Shown here: piece by piece, positions 16,087 through 24,500 of the stretch
How the letters are laid out: every line of letters starts with the position of its first letter
Position numbering within the stretch: the stretch's first letter is position 1
Assembly: GCA_046328905.1 (NCBI GenBank)
Contig: JAXLVP010000001.1
Span: forward strand, 2,294,815 to 2,326,814
DNA from: Bdellovibrionota bacterium
GTDB lineage: Bacteria > Bdellovibrionota_C > UBA2361 > SZUA-149 > CAZDWZ01
Direction of reading: 5' to 3'
Length of the DNA: 32,000 bases
Notes under the pieces: model-generated
Databases searched by the model: none
Seen by the model: the letters and a program-made list of their open reading frames with translations, nothing else
Told to the model about the DNA's origin: nothing
Translations under genes and position numbers: made by a program

Positions 16087-17319
16087 CTAATGCGCGAAGA
16101 GAATCGGGCGCCCCATCGCCGCCTGCCGCTCCTCGTCTGAGATGCTGCGCATGTAACGAAGAGCATAGCTCACGAGAACCATGTTCGGTCGGTTCGCTTT
16201 GTATTGCCGCTCATAATCCTTTTTAGGACTGCGGAGAATCGCCGCCAGCCAAGCTGCTTCTTCAGGTGAGAGCTGGCTCGGCAGCTTGTGAAAATAGGTT
16301 TGGCAGGCTGCCTTCGCTCCGTAGATGTTCGGGCCCCATTCCACGATGTTGAGGTAGAGCTCGAGCTCGCGCTTCTTCCCCAACTCCTTGTCGATTTCGA
16401 CCGCATACAGAAGCTCGCGGAGCTTTCGTGCGTATGTCTTTTCGTCGGTCAGAAAAAGGTTCTTCGCGAGCTGTTGGGTGAGGGTGCTTCCCCCGCGTTT
16501 CAATCTTCCGAGTCGTTTGTTGTCGTGCGTCGCGCTGACGATGCTCTCGATATCGAAACCCGGATGATTGTAAAACCCGCGGTCTTCAATTGCGATAATC
16601 GCCGCCGGAAGATGCGGACCAATTTCTTTCAGCGGCAGCCAGTTTGCAGTGCCTTCACCGCCGGTGATGACGATGTCGTTCCCGTCTGCATCTTCGGCGT
16701 GGTAGTCGAACTGACCGCTTTTGTAACGCGCCGTATCAATGAGGCCCGAGACGGTGAAGTCCTTCACCTTCGGCTCGAACTGCAGCATGATGTGAGGCCA
16801 CGTGAACCGGCCGCGGCCTTTCACTGTTCCGGTAATCTTTGCTTGCTCCGCTTCAGGCACGATGGATTTGAGTGCGAGGTAGATCTTCTGAATCTCAGTT
16901 TCCTTCAGATCAAAGGAACCTGTGGCGCTGTAGCTCTGCCATTCCGCTTCGATGTTCGCAGTCACCTGGTCGAGAATCGCCTCTCCGGCAAAATGGTCGT
17001 TCTTCATGAATCCGCGGAGCAGACCTGATTGAGTGCGGAAGGGAACAGAGGAGAGCAGCGGGTTATCGATGTTACACGATGCACATGCAATCTCGAGATA
17101 TTGCCCCTTTGGACTGGAAGAGCTGCGGATCCGAAGCTCGCCGTATTTCGTATGAAGCGCGGGGAATTTTTCGCCGAAGACGCCGACCACCTTTGTGGCC
17201 GACGTCAGGAACAGTCCGAGCACGTTCATGTCGAAGACGGTAGCGGCAATGAAGAAAGTCGCCGCGGCGCCTATGACGAAAGAAAACGCGTAGGCGAAGA
17301 ACCGAAGAAATTTCCGCAT
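16087..17319 (-). CDS. peptidoglycan glycosyltransferase (GT51, monofunctional MtgA-like) with ~220-aa N-terminal extension
   Basis: The C-terminal half carries GT51 motifs: AIIAIEDRGFYNHPGFD, RGGSTLTQQLAKNLFL and a KRELELYLN..EWG-like element. The N-terminus has one TM segment (FAYAFSFVIGAAATFFIAATVF) followed by an unassigned domain. Confidence 0.8.
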   Translation of the reverse strand: MRKFLRFFAYAFSFVIGAAATFFIAATVFDMNVLGLFLTSATKVVGVFGEKFPALHTKYGELRIRSSSSPKGQYLEIACASCNIDNPLLSSVPFRTQSGLLRGFMKNDHFAGEAILDQVTANIEAEWQSYSATGSFDLKETEIQKIYLALKSIVPEAEQAKITGTVKGRGRFTWPHIMLQFEPKVKDFTVSGLIDTARYKSGQFDYHAEDADGNDIVITGGEGTANWLPLKEIGPHLPAAIIAIEDRGFYNHPGFDIESIVSATHDNKRLGRLKRGGSTLTQQLAKNLFLTDEKTYARKLRELLYAVEIDKELGKKRELELYLNIVEWGPNIYGAKAACQTYFHKLPSQLSPEEAAWLAAILRSPKKDYERQYKANRPNMVLVSYALRYMRSISDEERQAAMGRPILFAH

Positions 17320-17345
17320 TGGCTACCGTGAGAGTGAGGCAGTGC

Positions 17346-18194
17346 TCACTCCTGCGTGAGCTGCTTGTACGCTCTCGGCCGGCGGTTTTCGAAGAAACGC
17401 CATCCTTTGCGCACTGCAGCAGAATGATCGAGATCGACCTGGCAGACAAGCACTTGTTCGTCGTTGCCTCCGCGCACGAGGGTCTTTCCGAAGGCATCGC
17501 AAACGAAGGAGCCGCCCCAGAAGGTGGTGTCTCCTTCGGTGCCGACCCGGTTGACCGCGGCGACGACGAGCGCATTTGCGATTGCGTGACCGCGCTGGAC
17601 GTTTTCCCACGCCTCCTGCCAGCTTCCTTCGGCTTCCGGAATTCCTTTCACCGTGCCGATGGCGGTTGGGTAAAAGATGATGTCCGCTCCGAGGAGAGCT
17701 GTGGATCGCGCTGCCTCCGGATACCACTGGTCGTAGCAGATGAGCACTCCGACGTTCGCCTTTTTTGTTTCGAAGATCCGAAACCCCGTATCGCCGGGTG
17801 CAAAGTAGTGCTGCTCATAGAACCCCGGGTCGTGGGGAATATGTGTCTTGCGATAGCTTCCGATCTGTTTCCCTCGCGGGTCAAAGAGAAGCGACGTGTT
17901 GAAGTATTTATCTCCGGCTCGCTCATGGATGGAACCGCCGACGAGCGTCACCTTCGCTTCCTGAGCGACCCTGGAAAGAGCCGACATGGTGTTGCCTGCA
18001 GCTTCCTCGGCGTATTCGAAGCCGGCATCTTCGATGGTGCAAAAGTATGGGCTGGTGAACAGCTCGGGCAGGCAGACGATCTCAGCGCCCTGGGAGGCAG
18101 CTTCGCGAACCATCTGTGCAGCTTTCTCTCGGTTCTTTGCCGCCGAGCGGTCCATGCTCATCTGCACTAAACCTAACGTGACCGGACGTGACAT
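17346..18194 (-). CDS. aguB: N-carbamoylputrescine amidase (carbon-nitrogen hydrolase family)
   Basis: Start trimmed to ATG 18194 (MSRPVTLGLVQM...), which is preceded by GAGGAG. YRKTHIPHDPGFYEQHYFAPGDTGF and VGVLICYDQWYPEAAR...IIFYPTAIG closely resemble AguB/CPA-type nitrilase-superfamily enzymes. Confidence 0.8.
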   Translation of the reverse strand: MSRPVTLGLVQMSMDRSAAKNREKAAQMVREAASQGAEIVCLPELFTSPYFCTIEDAGFEYAEEAAGNTMSALSRVAQEAKVTLVGGSIHERAGDKYFNTSLLFDPRGKQIGSYRKTHIPHDPGFYEQHYFAPGDTGFRIFETKKANVGVLICYDQWYPEAARSTALLGADIIFYPTAIGTVKGIPEAEGSWQEAWENVQRGHAIANALVVAAVNRVGTEGDTTFWGGSFVCDAFGKTLVRGGNDEQVLVCQVDLDHSAAVRKGWRFFENRRPRAYKQLTQE

Positions 18195-18288
18195 AGCTTT
18201 TCTCCTCAGCCGTTTTCCAAGCGTGGCGGAAGCTCCGGGCTCTGACCTGGAGCTTTTCAGGAGCCACGGTTTTCCAGCGATTCTTAAA

Positions 18289-19914
18289 CTATCTTTCGAC
18301 GAACAGATCAACGAATTGAAAGGTTCGACCGTCAAAAAGCCCGAGATCGCTGAGCTTCAGGTCGGGAATCACGAGGAGCGCGAGGAAAGACAGAGTCATG
18401 AAAGGCGACGGCAGGCTGCATCCCAGCTTCTTCGAGAGCAGGTCGAGCTCTTCGTAGGCGTTGCCCACTTTGTATCCGTCGTCAGCAGACATGAGCCCGG
18501 CGATCGGGAGGGGAACGACAGAGCGCGTACCGTTACAGGACAGCGACACTCCACCGTCGTTCTCGATCACGAGGTTGATGGCGTCCGCAATTTCGTCATC
18601 ACCGGCTCCAATCGCGACGATATTGTGGCTGTCATGTGCTACGCTCGATGCCAACGCCCCGCGCTTCAGACCGAATCCGGTTGCAAAGGCAATGGCCGGT
18701 GGAGCAGCTTTGTAGCGGTTGACAACGACGAGCTTGAGGAGGTCGTGCTCCGGATCGCTCACTGCACAGCCGTTCATTATGCGGGCCTTCATCGTCTGCT
18801 CTTTGGTGATGAGCTGACCGGGTAAAGCTTCGATGACCCGGATTGAAGATTTTCCGGCTGGGAGCGCAAGTTCGCCAGGCGAAATATTTGCGCAAGAAAA
18901 ATTGTTGATGAGAGAGATCGGCTGGCGGTCGATCAACGACTTCCCATGTTCAGCTACTTTTTTGCCGTCGATGTAGGTTGCGAGAACATTCAGCGTTCTG
19001 AGACTGTCCATCACAATGAAATCTGCGGGATCTCCTTCCTGAAGCAGTCCGATCGGCAGACCGTAGTGCTTCACCGGATTGAGTGAAGCGGCGCGCAGCA
19101 CGGAGAAGAGCTCGTGCCCACCCGCCAGCGCTCGTTTTACGAGTTGGTTGATGTGCCCCGCTACAAGATCATTCGGGTGTTTGTCGTCCGAGCAAAACAT
19201 GATTCGTTCCGGAAACTCGCGCAGCAGGCCGATGAGCGCCTCGAAGTTCTTCGCGGCGCTGCCTTCGCGAATGATGATGGACATTCCGGCGCGGATTTTG
19301 TCGAGAGCCTCGTCGGCGGTGAAGCACTCATGGTCGGTGGTGATACCGAACGAAGCGTATCTTGCGGCATCTTCACCTCTCAGCCCGGGGGCATGCCCGT
19401 CGATGACTTTGCCCCTTTTTTTTGCCGACTGAAGCTTGGCGTGCACCTCGGTATCCCCGAAGAGCACGCCCGGAAAGTTCATCATCTCTGAGAGATAACG
19501 GATCTCCGGCAGCGAAAGCAGCTCATCGACCTCCGCTGCGGTGATTGCGGCACCGGCGGTCTCGAATGTAGTCGCCGGCACGCAGGACGGGGCGCCGAAA
19601 TTGAATTTGAAAGGAACAGTTTTGCCGTTCTCAATCATCCAGCGAACGCCCTCGACACCAAGCACGTTTCCGATCTCGTGCGGATCGGAGACCGTTCCTA
19701 CGGTCCCATGAACGACAGCGAGGCGTGCGAACTCGGACGGCGCGAGCATCGAGCTTTCAATATGAACGTGTGCATCGACGAAGCCGGGGAGGATGACCTG
19801 GTCTGGAGCGGCATGTAGCCGAGTAACTTTCGCTACGCGGCCGTCAGCTATCTCTAGCTCTCCGGGGAAGATCGCTTCGGCGAGTACGTCGACAATCTGT
19901 CCGGAGATTTTCAT
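18289..19914 (-). CDS. ade: adenine deaminase
   Basis: Start trimmed to ATG 19914 (MKISGQIVDV...). LPGFVDAHVHIESSMLAPSEFA...GTVGTVSDPHEIGNV is the amidohydrolase metal-binding region typical of Ade. Length is about 541 aa. Confidence 0.85.
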   Translation of the reverse strand: MKISGQIVDVLAEAIFPGELEIADGRVAKVTRLHAAPDQVILPGFVDAHVHIESSMLAPSEFARLAVVHGTVGTVSDPHEIGNVLGVEGVRWMIENGKTVPFKFNFGAPSCVPATTFETAGAAITAAEVDELLSLPEIRYLSEMMNFPGVLFGDTEVHAKLQSAKKRGKVIDGHAPGLRGEDAARYASFGITTDHECFTADEALDKIRAGMSIIIREGSAAKNFEALIGLLREFPERIMFCSDDKHPNDLVAGHINQLVKRALAGGHELFSVLRAASLNPVKHYGLPIGLLQEGDPADFIVMDSLRTLNVLATYIDGKKVAEHGKSLIDRQPISLINNFSCANISPGELALPAGKSSIRVIEALPGQLITKEQTMKARIMNGCAVSDPEHDLLKLVVVNRYKAAPPAIAFATGFGLKRGALASSVAHDSHNIVAIGAGDDEIADAINLVIENDGGVSLSCNGTRSVVPLPIAGLMSADDGYKVGNAYEELDLLSKKLGCSLPSPFMTLSFLALLVIPDLKLSDLGLFDGRTFQFVDLFVER

Positions 19915-20271
19915 GCGCTGTTCCTTCTCAAAAGCCCTCACGCCGCACAGCCTGTGTCGGTATCCATAACGTCTTAGGCGAGTCAGAAAAAGACCTCGTT
20001 CGCGGTTGTGACCCCCGGAATCGCGGGTTCCGAGTGGGAAGTACTAGCCCTTGAAATGTTTCGGTTTTTCGCAGGTCGGAGCGCGGCTGTTGTCAGCGGT
20101 TCGTGACAGAACCTGATCTATCGCAGGGTTTACCCATCACCCCCTGAAACATCACAGCATAACTTAGTTGAGATCCGAGGGTAGTTTTCTCGGGTTATGT
20201 GCGACGGTCTCTTAGCGGGACTCCGGTCCCAAATTTCATATGGAGTAGTGAATTGCTTTTTTAAAGGTTTC

Positions 20272-20484
20272 TCAAGGTTTTTTGTTCATCCATTTCCTCT
20301 TCGTCTTGTTGTCGACATGTGTTCGTTGATCTCTCGCTTCACAACGTTTCACTGATTTAAACATCTCTTCAATTTTCCACTCGGTCGCTAGCTCGTTGAC
20401 GTCCTTGGGATGCGAGATCTCGCATTCGAAGCACGTCGGCGTGCCCGCTCCTAGGTGGAGTTGAGGGCGTTTCCGCCGATTCAT
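20272..20484 (-). CDS. questionable small basic ORF (70 aa) in an AT-rich stretch
   Basis: The ORF track gives MNRRKRPQLHLGAGTPTCFECEISHPKDVNELATEWKIEEMFKSVKRCEARDQRTHVDNKTKRKWMNKKP. I see no convincing RBS and recognise no family. It may simply be non-coding promoter or leader DNA of the 20526 gene. Confidence 0.25.
   Translation of the reverse strand: MNRRKRPQLHLGAGTPTCFECEISHPKDVNELATEWKIEEMFKSVKRCEARDQRTHVDNKTKRKWMNKKP
20410..20425. promoter_or_regulatory. 16-bp perfect palindrome ATGCGAGATCTCGCAT (18 of 20 bp over 20408-20427)
   Basis: Read directly from the sequence. It lies ~100 nt upstream of ATG 20526, just downstream of a TTGACG hexamer (20396-20401). It is a candidate operator or stem-loop. 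Confidence 0.35.
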
Positions 20485-20525
20485 CGGATTCAGTGTCCCC
20501 AGTTTCGAAGAAAGAGGTTTCGATC

Positions 20526-21335
20526 ATGTTGAACAATCTGCGCAGCCGCCTGTCCGCGTCGCCCCGCGCCCGTCAGTACACGCGCGACGGCATCACCGCC
20601 GGCCTCACGGGTCTGGCGATCCTCGTCGTCCTGCCGGCGCTCTACCACTACAGCTCCGCCCGCCTGGTCGCGGGCTGGCTCGTGGTGGTCGCGATCCTGG
20701 TCATGGGTTACCTCAAGCGCGGCTCGTACGTGCCCCCCCAGCGCAACTGGTGGATCACGGCGGGCTACATCGGGGTCTTCGCCATGGCGCTCGTGACGCT
20801 CGGCTGGTTCGGCGTCCACAAGCAGCTCCCGTCGGTGCAGCAGGTCCAGTCCGCTCTGCCGGACGTACCCGCCATCCCGGCGCTCAGCTACTGGTGGGTG
20901 AAGGCCGTCGCCGGCCTGCTGGCCGTGGTCCTCGGGATCATGGCGGTGCGCGGCGCGATCCGCTCGCGCATGCGCGTCTGGCAGCTCGGCACCGCCATCG
21001 CCGTCATCGCGCTGTTCTGCGTGGCCTTCGGCTTCGTGCACTTCGGCACCGCCAGCCCCTCCTCCGACGTCGCGACCGTCGGCCAGAACCCGGATCTCCC
21101 GGGCTTCGCGGCCTACGTCTCGTGGCAGAACGAGAAGGACCCGTCGAAGCCCGTCACGCCGAAGCTCTACCGAGAGTTTCTGCGCAACGGCTCCGACGCG
21201 GACAAGAACGCCGTGCACGACCGACAGGATCAGCTGCTCGCGGATTTCGGTCTCAGGCTCGAGGACGGTCGGTTGATCGCGGTCAACCCGACCGGCGTCA
21301 CCAACCTCAAAGACCTGACCACCGCGATGCCGTAA
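20526..21335 (+). CDS. hypothetical 5-TM membrane protein with extreme GC3 (compositionally foreign)
   Basis: ATG 20526 is preceded by AGAAAGAGG. The 269-aa product has five hydrophobic helices and then a ~90-aa soluble tail. By hand count only ~15 sense codons end in A or T. The long shadow ORFs on the other frames are typical of a real high-GC gene. Confidence 0.7.
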   Translation: MLNNLRSRLSASPRARQYTRDGITAGLTGLAILVVLPALYHYSSARLVAGWLVVVAILVMGYLKRGSYVPPQRNWWITAGYIGVFAMALVTLGWFGVHKQLPSVQQVQSALPDVPAIPALSYWWVKAVAGLLAVVLGIMAVRGAIRSRMRVWQLGTAIAVIALFCVAFGFVHFGTASPSSDVATVGQNPDLPGFAAYVSWQNEKDPSKPVTPKLYREFLRNGSDADKNAVHDRQDQLLADFGLRLEDGRLIAVNPTGVTNLKDLTTAMP

Positions 21336-21349
21336 GCGCTGTCGCCCCT

Positions 21350-21380
21350 GGCGCTACTCCCCCGTAGCGCCTTGTATTCT
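21350..21380 (+). terminator. putative intrinsic terminator after the high-GC gene
   Basis: GGCGCTAC (21350-21357) and GTAGCGCC (21364-21371) form an exact 8-bp stem with the loop TCCCCC. TTGTATTCTCT follows. Confidence 0.55.
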
Positions 21381-21386
21381 CTGGGG

Positions 21387-21440
21387 GTGGATGGCCGGTT
21401 TAAAACACCGGTTAGAGCAATTCACGCTCCATCCACTTTT
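21387..21440 (+). other. nested stem-loop element with T4 tail upstream of the first giant ORF
   Basis: GTGGATGG (21387-21394) pairs with CCATCCAC (21429-21436). Inside this stem is a smaller hairpin, CCGGT-TTAAAAC-ACCGG (21395-21411). TTTT follows at 21437-21440. It could be a second terminator or a leader RNA structure. Confidence 0.35.
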
Positions 21441-21530
21441 ATCGCGCGCTTCCTCCGGCGATACAGGTAGGGATCAGCACACCATAATGATTTTAGTAAG
21501 AAACGCTCCGAATTGCGACGCGAAGGATGT

Positions 21531-24500
21531 ATGGGGAACGGTAACGGACCAATAAGAAATCTAGTGAGTGCCATCCGTCATCGACATTGCGAACCCGCGT
21601 GTCAGCCGGTGACATGTCAACCTGTGGTCTATGAATCTGTTGTCTGCCAGCCGACGGTTCAAGTTCCCGCTTATCAACCGGCGTTGAGTCATTCCGAGCA
21701 ACTCAGTCAGAACACCCGTCGCCTTTACACCGAAGGCAAGCGCGACGCAGCCAAGACCGGGCCCGCCCCGGAAGGGACCAACCTCTACTACTTCTCTGAA
21801 GGGCAGCTCTACGACTCGAACGGCGCTCGCATCGGATCGATGGCGCTCGACCCGAAAACCTCGCTCGCCGGAAAAGATACAATTACGACTCCGGGATGGT
21901 TGCAAAACGATCGCGGTCAAAACTGGAACTTTACGCAACAGAACGGGCAGCCCGTATTCGTCGACCAATACGGGCGCGCATCGAAGGCCGAAATTCGGAT
22001 TGGCGCACCTCCCGGAATGAAGGCGACGATGGAGTACCACGTAGCCGATATCATGGTTACGGATCCTCGATACTGTCAGGGCGTTCTCTCGATCGCTCGC
22101 CATGCCGGAAACATCATCGTCTACAAACCTGCCGACCAGGTAAAGACCGAAAGCCTTGATCCAAAAGCTGTGCAGCAGCTCTTCGATTCGCGAACAGGTC
22201 GAATCGAGCTTCCGTCGTCGGGTGGGAAAAAGAGTTTCGATGTGCACCATACTGCGCAGAACGATGGGGCAGACTACGTCTACCTGATGAGCACCGATGG
22301 GACCGAACAGGTTCGGCTCTCCCGCTCTAAAGCAGATGGGACCTATCAGCTCGAACGTCAGTTACATCAGGCCAACCAATGGACCGATTGTTACGGTCGC
22401 CGCATGTACGGGAACGTCGGATGGGTGCCCGACACGAACGTTCAAATTCCAACCGCTGCGGCTCAACAGCCGGGCCGAGTTCTGCCTTCATCGCAAATAC
22501 CGGACCCGAACCCTTCCGAGGCTCCGACCCCGCAACCTCCATCGGTTCCAGTGCCCGATCCGAACGCCGGTCCGCGCCGAGAACCGCAGCCAGCGATGCC
22601 TCGGCCATCGACGGCGCCTGTTCCTGAGGAACCGCCGGCTACCGAGCCTACACCGCCGCCGGAAGTACCTCCGGCAACACCGGGTCCGCGACGTGCCAAT
22701 GTCACCGCTGATGATGGAACTCGCAGAGCGAATGTCGCCCCAGATGGCGAGCCTGACGGAGGCCGCCGGGCGAATGCTGTGCCGGATCCAACTCGAAGAG
22801 CAAACGTGGCTCCAGATCCAAGCGGTGCGGCATCGGCACAACCCGATCCTACACGCCGTGCAGTGGTCGCACCGGACTCAAGCGGTGCTGCCGCGGCGCA
22901 ACCCGATCCGACGCGCCGAGCCGTGGTGGCTCCAGACTCAAGTGGTGCTGCTGCGGCACAACCCGATCCTACACGCCGTGCAGTGGTGGCTCCGGACGCA
23001 AGCGGTAGCCCCGCGGCGCAACCCGATCCGACGCGCCGAGCCGTGGTCGCTCCGGACGCAAGTGGTGCGGCATCGGCACAACCTGATCCGACGCGACGCG
23101 CAGCGGTGGCTCCGGATGCAAGCGGTAGCGCTGCTGCACAACCCGATCCTACGCGAACGGCGGTAGTAGCGCCGGACGCGACTGGCGCAACCGCCCCGCA
23201 ACCCGATCCGACGCGCCGCGCAGCGGTGGCTCCGGATGCAAGCGGTAGCGCTGCTGCACAACCCGATCCTACGCGAACGGCGGTAGTAGCGCCTGACGCG
23301 ACGGGCGCAGCCTCCCCGCAGCCAGATCCGACACGTCGCGTAGCGGCAGCTCCAGACGCAAGCGGTAACGCCGCGGCGCAACCTGATCCTTCGCGAACGG
23401 CTGTAGTAGCGCCCGACGCGAGCGGCGCAGCCGCCCCGCAGCCAGATCCGACACGCCGCGCAGCGGTGGCTCCGGATGCTAGCGGTACTGCCGCAGCGCA
23501 ACCTGACCCAACACGACGAGCGACGGTGACTTCCGGTGCGACCGGAAACCCCGTAGCGCAGCCGGATGCTACGCGGCCCGCAGGCGTTGCACCCGATTCT
23601 CCAGCTTCAGTATCCCCGACCGAGCCACGCAGAGCACGTGTGGCTCCTGATGGCGCCGGTGAGGCGCCCGCACCGAATCCTGACGATGGTGTTCGTCCGG
23701 TTCCTCCCGCAGAAAATCGGGACGATTCGCGGCCTCGAGAGCCCGTGGATCCGACACGGGTCGCACGAGCTCGCTCAGCGCAGGTTGGCGTTACGCCTCG
23801 AACGACCGAGACCATCGAGATCCTCCCCGTCACCGGTACTCCGGTCCCAGTTACCGTTGGCCAGGGCGGACTACTGCCGATCGGGCTCGATCCCACCGGC
23901 GCGCTTACTTTTAGAGTCGCCGGGCAGCAAATTCCTCTCCGTGTCGACGCGAGAGGTACAGTGCCTCTGAGTCTCGGTCCGAATGGAGAGCTCGCAGTCG
24001 ATAGCGCAGCCGCCAGTCAATTCGTTCCTGACTTTCTCGAACGGATGTCGGCACCGTCGCAAGTGCGGCTTGGTGGCGCACCTCCGCGCCAGAACTCGGG
24101 CTTCAATTTACTCACCTCTTCCGGAAGTTCGAGGACTTTGAATCCGTTGACGCCCGATCGCGACACGCCAAGCTTATTGCTTTCCCGAGGTGGGCTCAGC
24201 TTCCAGCTTGGAGCGAACGCGCTCACGCCCGTTCAGTTTGATTCGGCGACTGGTACCTTCAGCACGGACAACCGTCCCGCTTCCGGCGCCCTGCCGATCC
24301 AACGTTCGCTGGACGTGGGATCGGTGTTCGAGATCCCGCTTCAGGTCGCCTCGGACGGCAGCATACGGATAGCGCCGACAACCGGCCGACCGCCGTTCGC
24401 GGTTGATCAATATGGTATGGTGCGGCTCCGGCTGAACCGGACGAGCCCAATCAAGGTCGGCCAAGATGGAACAGCCGCTCTCGCCGTCTCTCCATCCGGC

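Noticed and set aside
16288-18825. Plus-strand ORFs of 246-283 aa (16288-17028, 17319-18170, 17986-18825) opposite the transglycosylase, aguB and ade.
   Set aside because: They lie antisense to genes with clear family motifs and have no recognisable features of their own.
19915-20160. A purine riboswitch in the 5' leader of adenine deaminase (minus strand), or a tRNA gene marking an island junction (a GGGTTCCGAG T-loop-like string lies near 20024-20033).
   Set aside because: I could not find the conserved purine-riboswitch junction and loop sequences, nor fold a cloverleaf with an acceptor stem and anticodon arm. An Infernal or tRNAscan run would settle it.
20490-21367. A 242-aa minus-strand ORF (20490-21218) and a 205-aa plus-strand ORF (20750-21367) overlapping the high-GC gene.
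   Set aside because: Their Arg/Ala/Gly/Asp-rich, low-complexity translations are typical antisense or off-frame artefacts of a GC3-rich gene. The 20526 frame gives a coherent 5-TM protein with an RBS.
22782-23561. A regular 60-nt periodic array that could superficially be taken for a CRISPR array or a non-coding satellite.
   Set aside because: There are no unique spacers between repeats. The whole array is in frame within a 1066-codon ORF, and unit-to-unit differences fall at third codon positions of that frame. It is a coding tandem repeat.
22463-23896. A 477-aa minus-strand ORF (Gly/Ala/Ser/Arg-rich), the 289-aa +1 ORF at 22297-23166 and other ORFs overlapping the repeat region.
   Set aside because: These are shadow ORFs generated by a GC-rich periodic sequence. 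The synonymous-substitution pattern supports only the frame of 21531-24713.
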